Source: Rhodospirillales bacterium (GTDB taxonomy: Bacteria > Pseudomonadota > Alphaproteobacteria > Rhodospirillales > JASLQF01). From it: DNA of 36,546 nt. The translations under genes were made by a program, and so were the position numbers. The first letter of the stretch is position 1; every line of letters starts with the position of its first letter. Under the pieces are notes generated by a model, which was not told where the DNA came from, did not search any database, and saw only the letters and a program-made list of their open reading frames with translations. The stretch covers positions 1-36,546 of the forward strand of contig DASCNF010000235.1 of NCBI GenBank assembly GCA_036011345.1. Reading direction: 5' to 3'. Shown here in pieces: positions 8,471 to 20,976 of the stretch.

Positions 8471-8937
8471 AGGGCCATCGGCCGCTATTTACGCCGCTGG
8501 CACTGCGCTATTTGTGCCGATGATATTGGCCGGCAAGCTCTTTCGTAGCTTCCTTGCCGGAAGTTCGCGGGTCGGTAACGGTCCTCGTCGCCATGAGCAT
8601 CGCCGCCGCCGTCGTGACCTTTGTCGAGATCACCGACAGGCCGCCCTTTGCACAGCTCGCGCATGTTGGTTTTACTCTTGACCGAACTGACGATGGCCGT
8701 GGCCTCGTCACTTGGTGCCAGAGCCACCGGCGCGTTGAAGGCAAAACCAAAAAATACGGCGGCGATCGCCGCAGCTCGTAAAACACCTTGTTCCCCTAAG
8801 CGCTCTCTTAATCATTGGATGACCTCTAATTGGTTGGCGCGGGCGGCATTACCGTAACCGCTCATCCATGATTTCATACATAAGCTCAGATAGAGACCGC
8901 CGCCCGCAAATTCCCGTGGCGATCACGCCCGCTTTCC

Positions 8938-10119
<1,182 letters not shown>

Positions 10120-10157
10120 CGGTCTTTCCTCCTGCGATGTTTGGCGGCGAGCCGGGG

Positions 10158-12257
10158 CTACAGGTCGCCGAACCCCTTGCCCTCCTTCGCCAGCTTCTTC
10201 AAGAGCGGCGCCGGCTTCAGCCACTCGCCGTGTTCCTCGTAGAGGCGGCTCATGGCGTCATAGATCTTGTCCGCCCCAATGAGGTCGGCGTAGAACATGG
10301 GGCCGCCACGGTAGCGCGGAAACCCAAACCCGTAGATCCAGATGATGTCGATGTCGAGGGCGCGCAACGCGATGCCTTCCTCGAGGATCTTGGCGCCCTC
10401 GTTGATCATGGGGTACATGCAGCGCTCGAGGATTTCCTGGTCGCTGATGGCGCGCCGCTCGATGCCCAGTTCCTCCGACACCGAGACGATCAGCTTCTCG
10501 ATCTCGGGATCGGGGGTGGGCGCGCGGCTGCCTTTCTCGTAGCGGTACCAGCCGGCCTGGGTCTTTTGCCCATAGCGGTCCATCTCGTAGATGCGGTCGG
10601 CGATGTCCGAGTAGCGCAGGTGCTTGGGCCGCGTCGGCTCCTGGGCCTGGCGCACCAGCCAGCCGACGTCGATGCCGGCCAAGTCGCCCATGGCAAACGG
10701 ACCCATGGGCAATCCGAAATCGTAGATGACCTTGTCCACCTGCTCGGGCAACGCGCCCTCCTCGAGGAGGAAACCGGCCTGGCGGGTGTAGGCGTACAGC
10801 ATGCGGTTGCCGACGAAACCGTCGCAGATGCCGACCAGGACGCCGACCTTGCCGATGGCCTTGGAGAAGCCCATGACCGTGGCGATGGTTTCCTTCGAGG
10901 TCTTGGCGCCACGCACGTTTTCGGCCAGGCGCATGACGTTGGCGGGGCTGAAGAAGTGGGTGCCCATGACCTTTTCCGGGCGCCCCGTGGCGGCGGCGAT
11001 CTCGTCGATGTCCAGCGAAGACGTGTTGGAGGTGATGATGGTCTCCGCCTTGCACGTCTGGTCGAGACGCTGGAAGATTTCCTTCTTGAGCGCCATGTCC
11101 TCGAACGCCGCCTCGATGACGATGTCGGCGTCCGCCACGTCGCCGTAATCCGTCGAACCGGCGATCAGGCCCACGCGCCTGTCCATGTCGTCTTGCGAGA
11201 GGCGCCCCTTGGCAACGGTTGAGGCGTAGTTCTTCCGCGTCACCTCGAGGCCTTTCTCGAGGACATCGGCGTCGACCTCGATGACGGTGACGGGAATGCC
11301 AGCGTTGGCGAAGTTCATGGCGATACCACCACCCATGGTGCCGGCACCGATGATAGCGGCACTTTCGATGGACTGGGTCGGCGTGTCCTTGGGAACGTCG
11401 GGGATCTTGGCTACCTCGCGCTCGGCGAAGAAGACGTGGCGCTGCGCCTTGGACTGATCAGAGGCGACGAGACGCGTGAAAATTTCGCGCTCGTTGGCGA
11501 GGCCCTCCGCGAAGGGCAGGTTGACCGCCGCCTCGATGCTGTCCACGCAAGCGTAGGGCGCCTGGAAGCCGCGGGCGCGGCGCGCCATGCCTTGGCGGAA
11601 CTTCTCGAAGATTTCGGGCTTGCCGCGCGCCTCGGCGATCCTGTCCTCGAACTCGCCGGTGCGTCTGGGCGGCGTGCCGGCGGCCACCAGTTTCTCGGCA
11701 AAGGCAACGGCGTCGGAGACCAGATCGTCGCTCGAAATCTCGTCGACGATGCCGAGCGCGTGGGCCTTTTCCGACGGCATCAAGTTGCCGGCGACGACGG
11801 CCTCAAGGGCCGCCTCGACCCCGATGAGCCTGGGCAGGCGCTGAGTACCGCCGGCCCCGGGAATGATGCCCAGCGTCACCTCGGGCAACCCGAGCCGCGC
11901 ACCCGGCGCCGCCAGGCGCCAATGACAGCCCAGCGATATTTCCAGCCCGCCCCCCGCCGCCACGCCGTGGATGGCGGCGATGACCGGCTTGGACGCCCCT
12001 TCGATCACCGTGATGACATCGGGCAGGGACGGCACGCCGGCCGGCCGCTCCTTGCCGAACTCCTGGATGTCGGCGCCGCCGCTGAACATGCGGCCGGCCC
12101 CGGTGATGACCAGGGCTTTTGCGCCGGCGTCGTCGAGAGCGGCCCGCACCGCATCGGCGAGGCCGCTTCTGACGGTGGCGCCCAGTGCGTTGACGGGTGG
12201 GTTGTCGATGGTGAGGACGGCGATGTTGCCGCGTCGTTCGGTGGTGACGGCGCCCAT
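10158..12257 (-). CDS. Bifunctional enoyl-CoA hydratase / 3-hydroxyacyl-CoA dehydrogenase (FadB/PimF-like)
   Basis: 699 aa; crotonase domain (FSGGADI, GGGLE, LPEV) followed by [26 protein letters not shown]. Confidence 0.95.
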   Translation of the reverse strand: MGAVTTERRGNIAVLTIDNPPVNALGATVRSGLADAVRAALDDAGAKALVITGAGRMFSGGADIQEFGKERPAGVPSLPDVITVIEGASKPVIAAIHGVAAGGGLEISLGCHWRLAAPGARLGLPEVTLGIIPGAGGTQRLPRLIGVEAALEAVVAGNLMPSEKAHALGIVDEISSDDLVSDAVAFAEKLVAAGTPPRRTGEFEDRIAEARGKPEIFEKFRQGMARRARGFQAPYACVDSIEAAVNLPFAEGLANEREIFTRLVASDQSKAQRHVFFAEREVAKIPDVPKDTPTQSIESAAIIGAGTMGGGIAMNFANAGIPVTVIEVDADVLEKGLEVTRKNYASTVAKGRLSQDDMDRRVGLIAGSTDYGDVADADIVIEAAFEDMALKKEIFQRLDQTCKAETIITSNTSSLDIDEIAAATGRPEKVMGTHFFSPANVMRLAENVRGAKTSKETIATVMGFSKAIGKVGVLVGICDGFVGNRMLYAYTRQAGFLLEEGALPEQVDKVIYDFGLPMGPFAMGDLAGIDVGWLVRQAQEPTRPKHLRYSDIADRIYEMDRYGQKTQAGWYRYEKGSRAPTPDPEIEKLIVSVSEELGIERRAISDQEILERCMYPMINEGAKILEEGIALRALDIDIIWIYGFGFPRYRGGPMFYADLIGADKIYDAMSRLYEEHGEWLKPAPLLKKLAKEGKGFGDL

Positions 12258-12379
12258 TTGGCCAACCTCCGCTTTGCGTCGTAGCTATTTTTATTAGGTG
12301 CGGTCTCGTTCACGGTTCCGCACCGCCCACGCCCTTAATATATAACGGCTTTGGCCGCCGGCAAGGATTCAGAAGCCCC

Positions 12380-14014
12380 TCACTGATCGGGCAGCTTGTA
12401 GTCCTTCAGCCTCTCGCGCAACTGCATCTTGGAAATCTTCCCGGTCGCCGTGTGGGGGATTTCATCGACGAACACCACGTCGTCGGGCAGCCACCACTTG
12501 GCCACCCTGTCCTCGAGGAAGGCGAGGATGTCGTCGGGCGCCGGCTCCTTGCCCTCCACCGGCACCACGACGAGGATGGGGCGCTCGTCCCATTTCGGGT
12601 GCGCCACGCCGATGACCGCGGCCTCCGCAATGTCGGGATGGCCGACGGCGGTGTTCTCGAGATCGATGGAGCTGATCCACTCGCCACCCGACTTGATGAC
12701 GTCCTTGGAGCGATCGACGATCTGCATGAAGCCGTCCTCGTCGAGGGTCGAGACGTCGCCGGTGCCGAACCAGCCATCACCGGTGAACGACGCCTTGGTG
12801 CCCTCGTCGTCGTTGTAGTATTCGCTGGCCACCCACGGGCCGCGTACCATGAGCTCGCCGAAGGCCTTGCCGTCGCGCGGCAGCTCGTGGCCGGCATCGT
12901 CGACGATTTTCATTTCGACGCCAAAGATCCCCCGCCCCTGCTTGAGCTGGATGTCTTGGCGCTTTTCCTTGGGCAGGTTTCGCATGTGCCCCTTGAGCCG
13001 GCCGGTGGTGCCGACGGGGCTCATCTCGGTCATGCCCCAGGCGTGGAAGACCTGCACGCCGAAATCGTCCTGGAACGCCTCGATCATCGAGCGCGGCACC
13101 GCCGAACCTCCAATCACCGTGCACTCGAGGTGGGGAAGCTTCTTGCCGTTCTTCTTCATGTAGTCGAGAAGCATGAGCCAGATGGTCGGCACACCGGCCG
13201 ACTTCGTCACCTGCTCGTCCTCCAGGAGTTCGTAGACGGCCTCGCCTTCGTAGTTGGGGCCGGGCAGGACGAGCTTGGCGCCGACCATGGCGCAGCAGTA
13301 CGGGATTCCCCAGGCGTTGACGTGGAACATGGGCACCGCCGGCAGCATGGTATCCTCGCAATTGAGACCCAGACTGTCCGCACTACAAATCGAAAAGGTA
13401 TGGAGAAGCGTCGAGCGGTGGCTGTAGAGGGCCCCCTTGGGGTGTCCCGTGGTGCCCGAGGTGTAGCACAGCGACGAGGCCGTGTTCTCGTCGAACTCCG
13501 GCCACTCGAAGGTGTCAGCTTCCGCCTCCAGCAGGGTCTCGTAGCAGAGCGCCCCCGGCAGCGTGGTCTCCGGCATGTGTCCGGCGTCGGTCATGATGAC
13601 GTAGCCTTTGACAGGCTTCAGCACGGGCGCCAGTTTTTCCAGGAGGGGAACGAACGTGAGATCGAGGAAGATGTACTTGTCCTCGGCGTGATTGACCACG
13701 TACTCGATTTGGTCGTGGAAGAGGCGCGGGTTGATGGTGTGGCACACGGCGCCGATCCCCGAGACTCCGAAATAGAGCTCGAAATGCCGGTACCCGTTCC
13801 AGGCCAGCGTCGCCACCCGGTCGCCCTCGGTGACACCGAGGCGCCCGAGCGCCCGCGCCAGCCGGCAGATGCGGCCGTAGGCGTCGGCGTAGGTGTAGCG
13901 GTGGATCGGCCCCTCGACGGATCTCGATACGATTTCCGTGGTGGCATGGTTCTGCGCCGCGAAACGGATCAGCGAGCTGATCAGCAGCGGCGCGTCCATC
14001 ATCAGTCCGCGCAT
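12380..14014 (-). CDS. Fatty-acid--CoA ligase (medium/long-chain; DmdB/AlkK-like)
   Basis: [14 protein letters not shown]-binding motif, [22 protein letters not shown]; start MRGLMMD with GGAGG RBS. Confidence 0.95.
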   Translation of the reverse strand: MRGLMMDAPLLISSLIRFAAQNHATTEIVSRSVEGPIHRYTYADAYGRICRLARALGRLGVTEGDRVATLAWNGYRHFELYFGVSGIGAVCHTINPRLFHDQIEYVVNHAEDKYIFLDLTFVPLLEKLAPVLKPVKGYVIMTDAGHMPETTLPGALCYETLLEAEADTFEWPEFDENTASSLCYTSGTTGHPKGALYSHRSTLLHTFSICSADSLGLNCEDTMLPAVPMFHVNAWGIPYCCAMVGAKLVLPGPNYEGEAVYELLEDEQVTKSAGVPTIWLMLLDYMKKNGKKLPHLECTVIGGSAVPRSMIEAFQDDFGVQVFHAWGMTEMSPVGTTGRLKGHMRNLPKEKRQDIQLKQGRGIFGVEMKIVDDAGHELPRDGKAFGELMVRGPWVASEYYNDDEGTKASFTGDGWFGTGDVSTLDEDGFMQIVDRSKDVIKSGGEWISSIDLENTAVGHPDIAEAAVIGVAHPKWDERPILVVVPVEGKEPAPDDILAFLEDRVAKWWLPDDVVFVDEIPHTATGKISKMQLRERLKDYKLPDQ

Positions 14015-14110
14015 GGCAATCCCCTCCCTGTTCGCGGCGCCGGGCTTATTCGCCCGGTCGTTCGCCACGCCAGATTACGCCAAGGTGGCGGCGGAGAGAA
14101 GCCCGTGACG

Positions 14111-14920
14111 TTACTCGAGACGCAACGCGGGGCGGGCGCCGCGCGGCGGCACCAGCAGGGAGGCGAAAAACAGCAGTGCCGCGACGCTGACGATCGACGG
14201 CCCGGCCGGGGTATCCCAGCTCAAGGACGCCGCGATGCCGCCGGCCGCGGCGAGGCAGCCGAGCACCGCCGCCAGCGCCGCCATCTGCTCCGGCGTCACC
14301 GCGAAGCGGCGCGCCGCCGCCGCCGGGATGATGAGCATGGAGACGATCAAGAGGACGCCGACGATCTTCATGGCCACCGCCGTGACGGCGGCGATGAGCA
14401 CCATGAAGGCGAGGCGAACCGGCGCCGACGGCACCCCGGAAACCTGAGCCAGCTCGGCGTGCACGGTGACGAACAGCAAGCGCCGCCAGATCGCCGCCAG
14501 CCCGCCGAGCACCACGGCGCCGCCGCCGTACACCCAAATCAGGTCTCCCCGGGTCACGGCCAGTACGTCACCGAAAAGATATGCCAAAAGGTCGATGCGC
14601 TGACCCTCCGCGAACGACAGGACGACGAGCCCGAGCGCCAACGCCCCGTGCGCCAGGATGCCGAGAAGGGTGTCGGTGGCCAGCCGCTTCTCGCCCTGAA
14701 GACCGACGAGCAAGGCGGAAACGGCGACGCAGACGGCGAGGATGCCGAGGTTCAAATTCACGTCGACCAGGATGCCGAGCGCGATGCCGAGAAGCGCCGC
14801 GTGCGCCAGGGTGGCGCCGAAATACGCCATGCGCCGCCAGACGACGAAGCACCCGAGAGGCCCCGACACCAGCGCCACGCCGATGGCGGCGGCCAGGGCG
14901 CGTACGACGAAGTCATCCAT
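14111..14920 (-). CDS. znuB: Zinc ABC transporter permease
   Basis: [35 protein letters not shown]; hydrophobic; coupled to znuC. Confidence 0.93.
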   Translation of the reverse strand: MDDFVVRALAAAIGVALVSGPLGCFVVWRRMAYFGATLAHAALLGIALGILVDVNLNLGILAVCVAVSALLVGLQGEKRLATDTLLGILAHGALALGLVVLSFAEGQRIDLLAYLFGDVLAVTRGDLIWVYGGGAVVLGGLAAIWRRLLFVTVHAELAQVSGVPSAPVRLAFMVLIAAVTAVAMKIVGVLLIVSMLIIPAAAARRFAVTPEQMAALAAVLGCLAAAGGIAASLSWDTPAGPSIVSVAALLFFASLLVPPRGARPALRLE

Positions 14921-15737
14921 GCTCGGCGCCCGCGCCCGCCGCGGCCTCCTCTTCCTCCGGTGCCACCGCCGCCACCGGCTCCCCCGACAGGCGGTGGCGG
15001 TGGTCGTGGTCGTGGGTGTAGACGGCCAGCGCCTTGGCGGCCTCGGGCCCGAAAAGGGAAAGGTACTCGGGGTGCCGGCTCACCGCTTCCGGGTGGCCGG
15101 TGCAACAGACGTGGTGGTTGAGGCACACCACCCGGTCGGTCGCCGCCATGACCACGTGCAGGTCGTGGGAAACGAGCAGCACGCCGCAGCCCCGCCCGCG
15201 GCGCACCTCGCGGATGAGGGTGTAGAGCTCTTCCTGGCCGGTGACGTCGACGCCGGCGGTGGGCTCGTCGAGCACCAGGAGATCGGGGTCGCCGAGCAGC
15301 GCCTGGGCGAGCAGCACCCGTTTCATCTCGCCGCCGGATATGGATTGGATGGGGCCGTCGATCACGTAAGTGGCGCCGACTTCGGCCAGCGCCTCGACGA
15401 CGCGGCCGCCCGCGACCCGGCCACCCGTGGCGGGTCCCGCCAGTTGCAGGAAGCGGCGCACGGTCAGGGGCAGGGTCTCGTCGACGTGCATGTTTTGGGG
15501 CACGTAGCCGATGCGAATGCCGGGACGCCGCCGCACGGCGCCTTGCGCCGGCTCGACGAGGCCGAGGATGGCGCGCACCAATGTCGTCTTGCCTGATCCG
15601 TTGGGGCCGATGAGGGTGACGATCTCGCCGGCATGCACGGCGAGATCGACGCCGTTCACCACCGCCTCCCCCTTGATGCGGACCGTCAGGCCCAGGGCCT
15701 CGATGAGCGCCTCGTGCGCATCGGTGGCGGCGTTCAT
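14913..15737 (-). CDS. znuC: Zinc ABC transporter ATP-binding subunit
   Basis: Walker [18 protein letters not shown], and the C-terminal [12 protein letters not shown]...HDHDHRH typical of ZnuC. Confidence 0.93.
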   Translation of the reverse strand: MNAATDAHEALIEALGLTVRIKGEAVVNGVDLAVHAGEIVTLIGPNGSGKTTLVRAILGLVEPAQGAVRRRPGIRIGYVPQNMHVDETLPLTVRRFLQLAGPATGGRVAGGRVVEALAEVGATYVIDGPIQSISGGEMKRVLLAQALLGDPDLLVLDEPTAGVDVTGQEELYTLIREVRRGRGCGVLLVSHDLHVVMAATDRVVCLNHHVCCTGHPEAVSRHPEYLSLFGPEAAKALAVYTHDHDHRHRLSGEPVAAVAPEEEEAAAGAGAEHG

Positions 15738-15743
15738 GGGCAC

Positions 15744-16241
15744 CTAGCCTGCCGCATCGGCGCAGGCCGGGCACAGGCCGGTGAGCTCCACCGTCTGGCG
15801 GTCGACGCGGAAGCCGAGCTTGCCGGCGTTGCGCGACAAAACGCCGGCGATCTCCCCATCGTCGATCTCGGCGACCGTGTCGCAGGCGCGGCAGATCAGG
15901 AACTGTCCGCTGTGGGCTTGGCGCGGCGCACCGCAGCCGACGAAGGCGTTGAGGGACTCGATGCGGTGGACGAGCCCGTTCTCCAGCAGGAAGTCGAGCG
16001 CCCGGTAGACGGTGGCCGGGGCGGCACCCCGGCGCTCGCCGCGCAGCGTGTCCAATATATCGTAGGCGCCGATGGGCGCGTGGCCACCCCACACCAGCTC
16101 GAGCACGCGGCGGCGCAGCTCGGTGAGGCGGATGCGCCGCCGGGCGCACAGCTCATGGGCCGCCTCGACGGCGGAACTGACACATTCCTGGTGGTCGTGG
16201 CGGTCCCGCTGGAAGGGCTCGGGAATTGGACGGCGCGCCAT
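15744..16241 (-). CDS. zur: Zinc uptake regulator (Fur family)
   Basis: HDHQEC N-terminus, PATVYRALDFL, HRIESLNAFVGC, two CxxC motifs; in an operon with znuCB. Confidence 0.92.
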   Translation of the reverse strand: MARRPIPEPFQRDRHDHQECVSSAVEAAHELCARRRIRLTELRRRVLELVWGGHAPIGAYDILDTLRGERRGAAPATVYRALDFLLENGLVHRIESLNAFVGCGAPRQAHSGQFLICRACDTVAEIDDGEIAGVLSRNAGKLGFRVDRQTVELTGLCPACADAAG

Positions 16242-16267
16242 GTAACCTCCGGGTTGAACGCGAAGCG

Positions 16268-16309
16268 TGTTATGTTATAACATACTACATCGATGTTCTA
16301 TAATAACTT
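16268..16309. promoter_or_regulatory. Tandem Zur boxes in the divergent zur/znuA promoter
   Basis: TGTTATGTTATAACA (16268-16282) and TGTTCTATAATAACT (16294-16308) match the TGTTATnnnATAACA-type Zur site. Confidence 0.8.
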
Positions 16310-16361
16310 GTGCAGCCCCTTTCCGGCTCGACGGGAACTACGGGCGTCGACCGAGGTGGCG

Positions 16362-17258
16362 TTGAATAAACCAATCTACCTTTTCCTGGCCTGGGCCTTG
16401 CCAGCCCTCGCCCTCAGTGCCGCCGTACCGGCCCTGGCCGTGGCGGCGGCGCCCCCGGTGGTGGTCAGTGTCAAGCCCGTCCATTCGCTGGTCGCCGGGG
16501 TGATGGAGGGCATCGCGGCCCCGCGCCTGCTCATTACCGGCGGCGCCTCGCCCCACACTTACAGCCTCAAGCCTTCCGACGCCCGGGCTCTGGCCCATGC
16601 CAAAATCGTCTTCGTCGTCGGCGGCGCCCTGGAATCCTTTCTCGGCAAGGCGCTCGGCGCCCTCGTCCAAGGCGGACGGCTGGTCGAACTCACGGCCCTG
16701 CCCGGCCTGGCGCCGGCGGGCCGGGCAGGGCGCGGCCGCGGCTCCATGGACCCGCACATCTGGCTCGACGTGGCCAACGCCAAGGTCATCGTCGCCACCG
16801 CCGCCCGGGTGCTGGAAGACGCCGACGCCGCCAACGGGCGGCACTACGCCGCCAACGCGAAGCGCCTTTTGGCCCGCCTCGACGGGCTCGACGCCGAGCT
16901 GGCGCGCCTCATGGCTCCGGTAAAAGATATTCCCTACGTCGTCTTTCACGACGCCTATGGCCATTTCGAGCGCCGCTACGGCCTCGCCGCCGCCGCCGCC
17001 CTCACCGTCAACCCGGCGCGCCCGCCGGGGGCACGGCACCTCGGCGAAGTCCGCCGCACCATGGTCGCGGTGGGCGTCCGTTGCGCCTTCGGCGAGCCCC
17101 AGTTCCGCCCGGCGCTCATCGACACCCTGATCGAAGATACGGCGGTCAAGGTCGGCGTGCTGGATGCCCTCGGCGCCGCCGTCCCGCCCGGACCCGACGC
17201 CTACTTCCGGATCATGCGCGACCTGGCCCGGGCGTTGGCCGGATGCCTGTCGGACTGA
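16362..17258 (+). CDS. znuA: Zinc ABC transporter periplasmic binding protein
   Basis: Signal-peptide-like N-terminus from TTG 16362 (GAGG RBS); SVKPVHSL, ASPHTY, DPHIWL, FHDAY metal ligands. Confidence 0.9.
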   Translation: MNKPIYLFLAWALPALALSAAVPALAVAAAPPVVVSVKPVHSLVAGVMEGIAAPRLLITGGASPHTYSLKPSDARALAHAKIVFVVGGALESFLGKALGALVQGGRLVELTALPGLAPAGRAGRGRGSMDPHIWLDVANAKVIVATAARVLEDADAANGRHYAANAKRLLARLDGLDAELARLMAPVKDIPYVVFHDAYGHFERRYGLAAAAALTVNPARPPGARHLGEVRRTMVAVGVRCAFGEPQFRPALIDTLIEDTAVKVGVLDALGAAVPPGPDAYFRIMRDLARALAGCLSD

Positions 17259-17290
17259 ACCACGGTCCCCCCGACCGGCCCGTGATGAAC

Positions 17291-17794
17291 CTAGCGGCTG
17301 GAGGCGTACTGTTCGGCGAGACGCGTGTCCTCTTCCTCGTCGATGATGTCCTCGACCGCCTGGATGAGCGCCATTTCTTCTTTTTCGACGTGGGACCTCA
17401 GTCGCTCCGCGAACTCGCCACCCAAGCGATGAAACTTCGCCCAGTCATCGCCGGTCACATTGCCCGAGCGGACGGCGCCCGCAAGTTTAGCCAGTTGGCG
17501 GCCCAGCGGAAGAATGACCACGTGCTCTTCGCAAAGCAGATTGACCAGGTCGCCCTCACCTTCCCTGGCCAGGCACGGGAACAATTCGTTTTCCTCGAAG
17601 GCGAAGTGATTTGTAATCTCCCCCTCGATTCCCGCCTGAAGGTCGCCCATGAGGCGGATGACGTCGCCGTCGGCCACATCGGGAGGCACGTCGCGCCCGG
17701 CACGATTCAACGCCGACTCGAGCCTTTCGAGGAGCAGAAGTACCGTCATGTGCTCCTCATGCAGCATGCGGCTCACTTGTCGATCGAGTTCCAT
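17291..17794 (-). CDS. Hemerythrin (HHE cation-binding) domain protein
   Basis: H...HxxxE...H...HxxxE pattern: LHEEH, HFAFEENELFP, LCEEH, HVEKEE. Start set at ATG 17794. Confidence 0.85.
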   Translation of the reverse strand: MELDRQVSRMLHEEHMTVLLLLERLESALNRAGRDVPPDVADGDVIRLMGDLQAGIEGEITNHFAFEENELFPCLAREGEGDLVNLLCEEHVVILPLGRQLAKLAGAVRSGNVTGDDWAKFHRLGGEFAERLRSHVEKEEMALIQAVEDIIDEEEDTRLAEQYASSR

Positions 17795-17854
17795 GGATAG
17801 CACCTTGGCTTCCCGGGCTGGCGCGCAAAATTGCCGTTTGCGCCCCATCGCGCC

Positions 17855-17868
17855 TTGACAAGAATCAA
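17855..17868 (-). promoter_or_regulatory. FNR/FixK-type box upstream of the hemerythrin-domain gene
   Basis: TTGAT-TCTT-GTCAA on the - strand; overlaps the TGA stop of the upstream E1-like gene; candidate -10 CAATTT 21 bp downstream. Confidence 0.7.
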
Positions 17869-20342
17869 CCCCACCGAGACCTGATTCCGTTGCCGTCTTG
17901 GCCGAACGTGGAGTGATCGGGGCCAATCGCTCCGGTGATGTCCCGCTCGGCGGCGGCCGGGAGAGAAACGGCGAGGCGCCTCAGGCTGGCCTCGGCGGCG
18001 GCATCCACGATGGCGTCGGCGTCGATACGGTAGGCGCGGTAGAGGTCGGGGATGTCCCCCGCCTGGCCGAAGCGGCCGACGCCAAGCGGCAGCACCCGGT
18101 GGCGGGCAACGGAGCCGAGCCAACTGAGCGTCGCCGGATGGCCGTCGAGCACGGTGATCAGCGTCGCCCCCGGCGCCAGCGGGGCGAGCAGCCGTTCGAC
18201 GTGGGACGGCGCGGCGGCGGCGCCCCGGGCCCGCGCCTCGCCGGCCGCCATCCATCCACCGTGCAGGCGGTCGGCGGAGGTCACGGCAAGCACCCCGACC
18301 CCGGGGATGTCCTCGGCGATCTGGGCGTGGGCGTCGGCGACCTCGGGGGCGACGGCGCCGCTGTAGACGATGGCGAGCTCGGCGCCCGGCGCCGGCTCCT
18401 CGAGCCAGTAGCCGCCGGCGACGATGTCATGGCCAAGCCCGGGCGTCATGGCGCGCTCCGGTTGCTCGATGCCCCGCGTCGACAGGCGCAGATAGACCGA
18501 GCCCCCGTCCGCCGCCTGCATGTGTGCGAAACCCCACGCCATGATCGCCGCCAGCTCGTCGGCGAAGGCCGGCTCGAAGGCGCTGAGCCCGTCCTGGCCC
18601 ATGCCGATGAGCGGCGTCAGGACCGACTGGTGCGCGCCTCCTTCGGGGGCCAGCGAGACGCCGGACGGCGTCGCCACGACCATGAACCGCGCGTCCTGGT
18701 AGCAGGCGTAGTTCAGGGCGTCGAGACCGCGGCTGATGAAGGGATCGTAGAGGGTGCCGACCGGCAGCAGCCGCGCTCCGAAAAGCTGTTCGGAAATGCC
18801 CGCCGCCGCCATCAGCAGGAACAGGTTGTTCTCGGCGATGCCAAGCTCGATATGCTGTCCCTCGGGGACCTTGGTCCACTTCTGGACGGACGGCACGTTT
18901 TCCATGCGGAAGGCATCCGCCTGGCGGATGCGGTGGAACAGGCGGCGCTGGTTCACCCAGCCGCCGAGGTTGGTGGACACGGTGACGTCCGGCGAGGCGG
19001 TGACGATGCGCTGGCCGAGCTCGCTCTCTCCCTTGCCGAGATCGTTCATGATGCGGCCGAACGCCTCCTGGGTGGAAGGCCGCTCCCCCGCCGGCGCCGC
19101 GATCTCGGGGACCGGGATGGCCGGGGCGCGCGCCGGGGCGCGCTGGCGCGCCTTGAACGGCACGGCATCGAGGAAGGAGCGAAGCTCGTCACCGTCCGTG
19201 GCGAGCCCGGCCAAGGGCTCCCACTCGGCGCCGTCGGCGATGCCCATGGCTACCTTGAACCCAGCCATCTGTTGCGGAGTCATGAGCCCGGCGTGGTTGT
19301 CCTTGTGGCCGGCCAGGGGAAGCCCGAACCCCTTCACCGTGTAGGCGACGAAACAGCGCGGCGCCGCGTCGTCGACGGCATCGAAGGCCTCGAGCACGGC
19401 CTCCATGTCGTGGCCGGCGAGGTTGGTCATGAGGTCGTGCAGGGAGGCGTCGTCGTGGGAATCGAGCAGCGTTTTCAGTCTACTGGTCCCCTCGAGGTCG
19501 CTCCGTAGGTGGTCGCGCCACGCCGCGCCGCCCTTGAAGGTAAGGGCCGAATAGAGGTCGTTGGGGCAGTCGTCGACCCATCTCTTGAGGGCCTCGCCGG
19601 CCGGGCCCTCGAACGCCGCCTGCAGCCTCTTGCCGTACTTGAGGATGACCACTTCCCAGCCCACCGTGCGAAAGAAGTCGTTGATCTTCTGAAACAGGAA
19701 ATGGTCGATGACGCCGTCCAGGCTCTGGCGGTTGTAGTCGATGACCCACCACAGGTTCCTGACGTCGTGCTTCCACCCCTCGAGCAGGGCCTCGAAGACG
19801 TTGCCTTCGTCAAGCTCGGCGTCGCCCATCAGGGCCACCATGCGCCCGGCCGGCGTCCCCGCCGGCACCAGGCCATGCAAGCGCACGTAGTCCTGGACGA
19901 TGGAGCCGAAGAGGGTCGTCGCCACGCCGAGCCCCACCGAGCCCGTCGAGAAGTCCACGTCGTCGACGTCCTTGGTGCGTGACGGATAGGGCTGGGCCCC
20001 GCCGAAGGCGCGGAAGGCTTCGAGCGGCTCGCGGCTCTGGTTGCCGAGCAGGTACTGGATGGCGTGGAACACCGGCGCCGCGTGGGGCTTGACCGCGACC
20101 CGGTCCTCGGGCCTCAGCACGTGCAGATAGAGCGCCGTCAACAGGGTCACCGCCGAGGCGCACGAGGCCTGGTGGCCGCCCACCTTCAAACCGTCGCGCG
20201 AGGACCGCACATGGTTGGCGTGGTGGATCATCCAGCACGACAACCACAACACCTTGCGCTCGAGCTCCTCGAGGCAGGCCAGGGTCGTTGCCGCAGCTTT
20301 GGTGGTGGCAGAAGCCCCGGAGCGGGGCTTTCGCTTGTTCAT
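17865..20342 (-). CDS. Homodimeric 2-oxoacid dehydrogenase E1 (AceE/MdeB-like, transketolase superfamily)
   Basis: KVGGHQAS, FSTGSVGLG, GDAELDEG...NRQSLD ThDP motif, ELGIAENN, EGGAHQS. Start codon uncertain (20342 chosen). Confidence 0.88.
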   Translation of the reverse strand: MNKRKPRSGASATTKAAATTLACLEELERKVLWLSCWMIHHANHVRSSRDGLKVGGHQASCASAVTLLTALYLHVLRPEDRVAVKPHAAPVFHAIQYLLGNQSREPLEAFRAFGGAQPYPSRTKDVDDVDFSTGSVGLGVATTLFGSIVQDYVRLHGLVPAGTPAGRMVALMGDAELDEGNVFEALLEGWKHDVRNLWWVIDYNRQSLDGVIDHFLFQKINDFFRTVGWEVVILKYGKRLQAAFEGPAGEALKRWVDDCPNDLYSALTFKGGAAWRDHLRSDLEGTSRLKTLLDSHDDASLHDLMTNLAGHDMEAVLEAFDAVDDAAPRCFVAYTVKGFGLPLAGHKDNHAGLMTPQQMAGFKVAMGIADGAEWEPLAGLATDGDELRSFLDAVPFKARQRAPARAPAIPVPEIAAPAGERPSTQEAFGRIMNDLGKGESELGQRIVTASPDVTVSTNLGGWVNQRRLFHRIRQADAFRMENVPSVQKWTKVPEGQHIELGIAENNLFLLMAAAGISEQLFGARLLPVGTLYDPFISRGLDALNYACYQDARFMVVATPSGVSLAPEGGAHQSVLTPLIGMGQDGLSAFEPAFADELAAIMAWGFAHMQAADGGSVYLRLSTRGIEQPERAMTPGLGHDIVAGGYWLEEPAPGAELAIVYSGAVAPEVADAHAQIAEDIPGVGVLAVTSADRLHGGWMAAGEARARGAAAAPSHVERLLAPLAPGATLITVLDGHPATLSWLGSVARHRVLPLGVGRFGQAGDIPDLYRAYRIDADAIVDAAAEASLRRLAVSLPAAAERDITGAIGPDHSTFGQDGNGIRSRWG

Positions 20343-20482
20343 GGCCGGCGCACCATTCCCGCTTGTCCGGTCAGGCGAGGGCCATGGTAGCACGGGGGGC
20401 GCCGTCATTGGTTGCGAAGGCTCCCGGCAAATGGCATCCTGGCGCAATAATTCTTCGATATTTCGCTAAAAAAAGGTGATTC

Positions 20483-20959
20483 ATGCCGAATACGCCCCTG
20501 GATGCGATAGATCGCCGAATCCTCCACCACCTCCAGGAGAACGCCCGCATCTCCAACGTCGAGCTGGCCAGTGCCGTCGGCCTGTCGCCCTCGCCGTGCT
20601 CGCGCCGGGTGCGCGATTTGGAGGCGGCGGGCATCGTCAAGGAGTACGTGACCCTCATCGACCCCGCCGCCGCCGACCTCCCGGTCAGCGTCTTCATCAA
20701 CGTGACCCTGGAAAAACAGGTCGAGCAGGACCTCGAGGTGTTCGAATCGGCGGTCAGGGACCTGCCCGAGGTGATGGAGTGCTACCTGATGACCGGCGAC
20801 GCCGATTACCTGCTGCGCGTCGTCATCGCCGACCTGGAGGCCTACAAGGGCTTCCTGATGGACCACCTGACGCGCATCCCCGGCGTCGCCAACATCCGCT
20901 CCAGCTTCGCCCTCAAGCAGGTCAAGTACCGCACCGCCCTGCCCATTTCCGACGCGTGA
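20483..20959 (+). CDS. Lrp/AsnC family transcriptional regulator
   Basis: [41 protein letters not shown]; [16 protein letters not shown] domain; divergent from the E1 gene. Confidence 0.95.
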   Translation: MPNTPLDAIDRRILHHLQENARISNVELASAVGLSPSPCSRRVRDLEAAGIVKEYVTLIDPAAADLPVSVFINVTLEKQVEQDLEVFESAVRDLPEVMECYLMTGDADYLLRVVIADLEAYKGFLMDHLTRIPGVANIRSSFALKQVKYRTALPISDA

Positions 20960-20976
20960 GACCACGCCACCCTTCG

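Noticed and set aside
8480-8860. Short ORFs between the ketopantoate reductase and thiolase genes
   Set aside because: Hydrophobic patches in two frames hint at a decayed membrane-protein gene, but no start, RBS or family motif supports a call.
12452-15121. 889-aa + strand ORF and other long antisense ORFs (e.g. 31222-33048, 17898-19508, 34022-35461)
   Set aside because: Shadow frames opposite well-supported genes, expected in high-GC DNA; no recognisable motifs.
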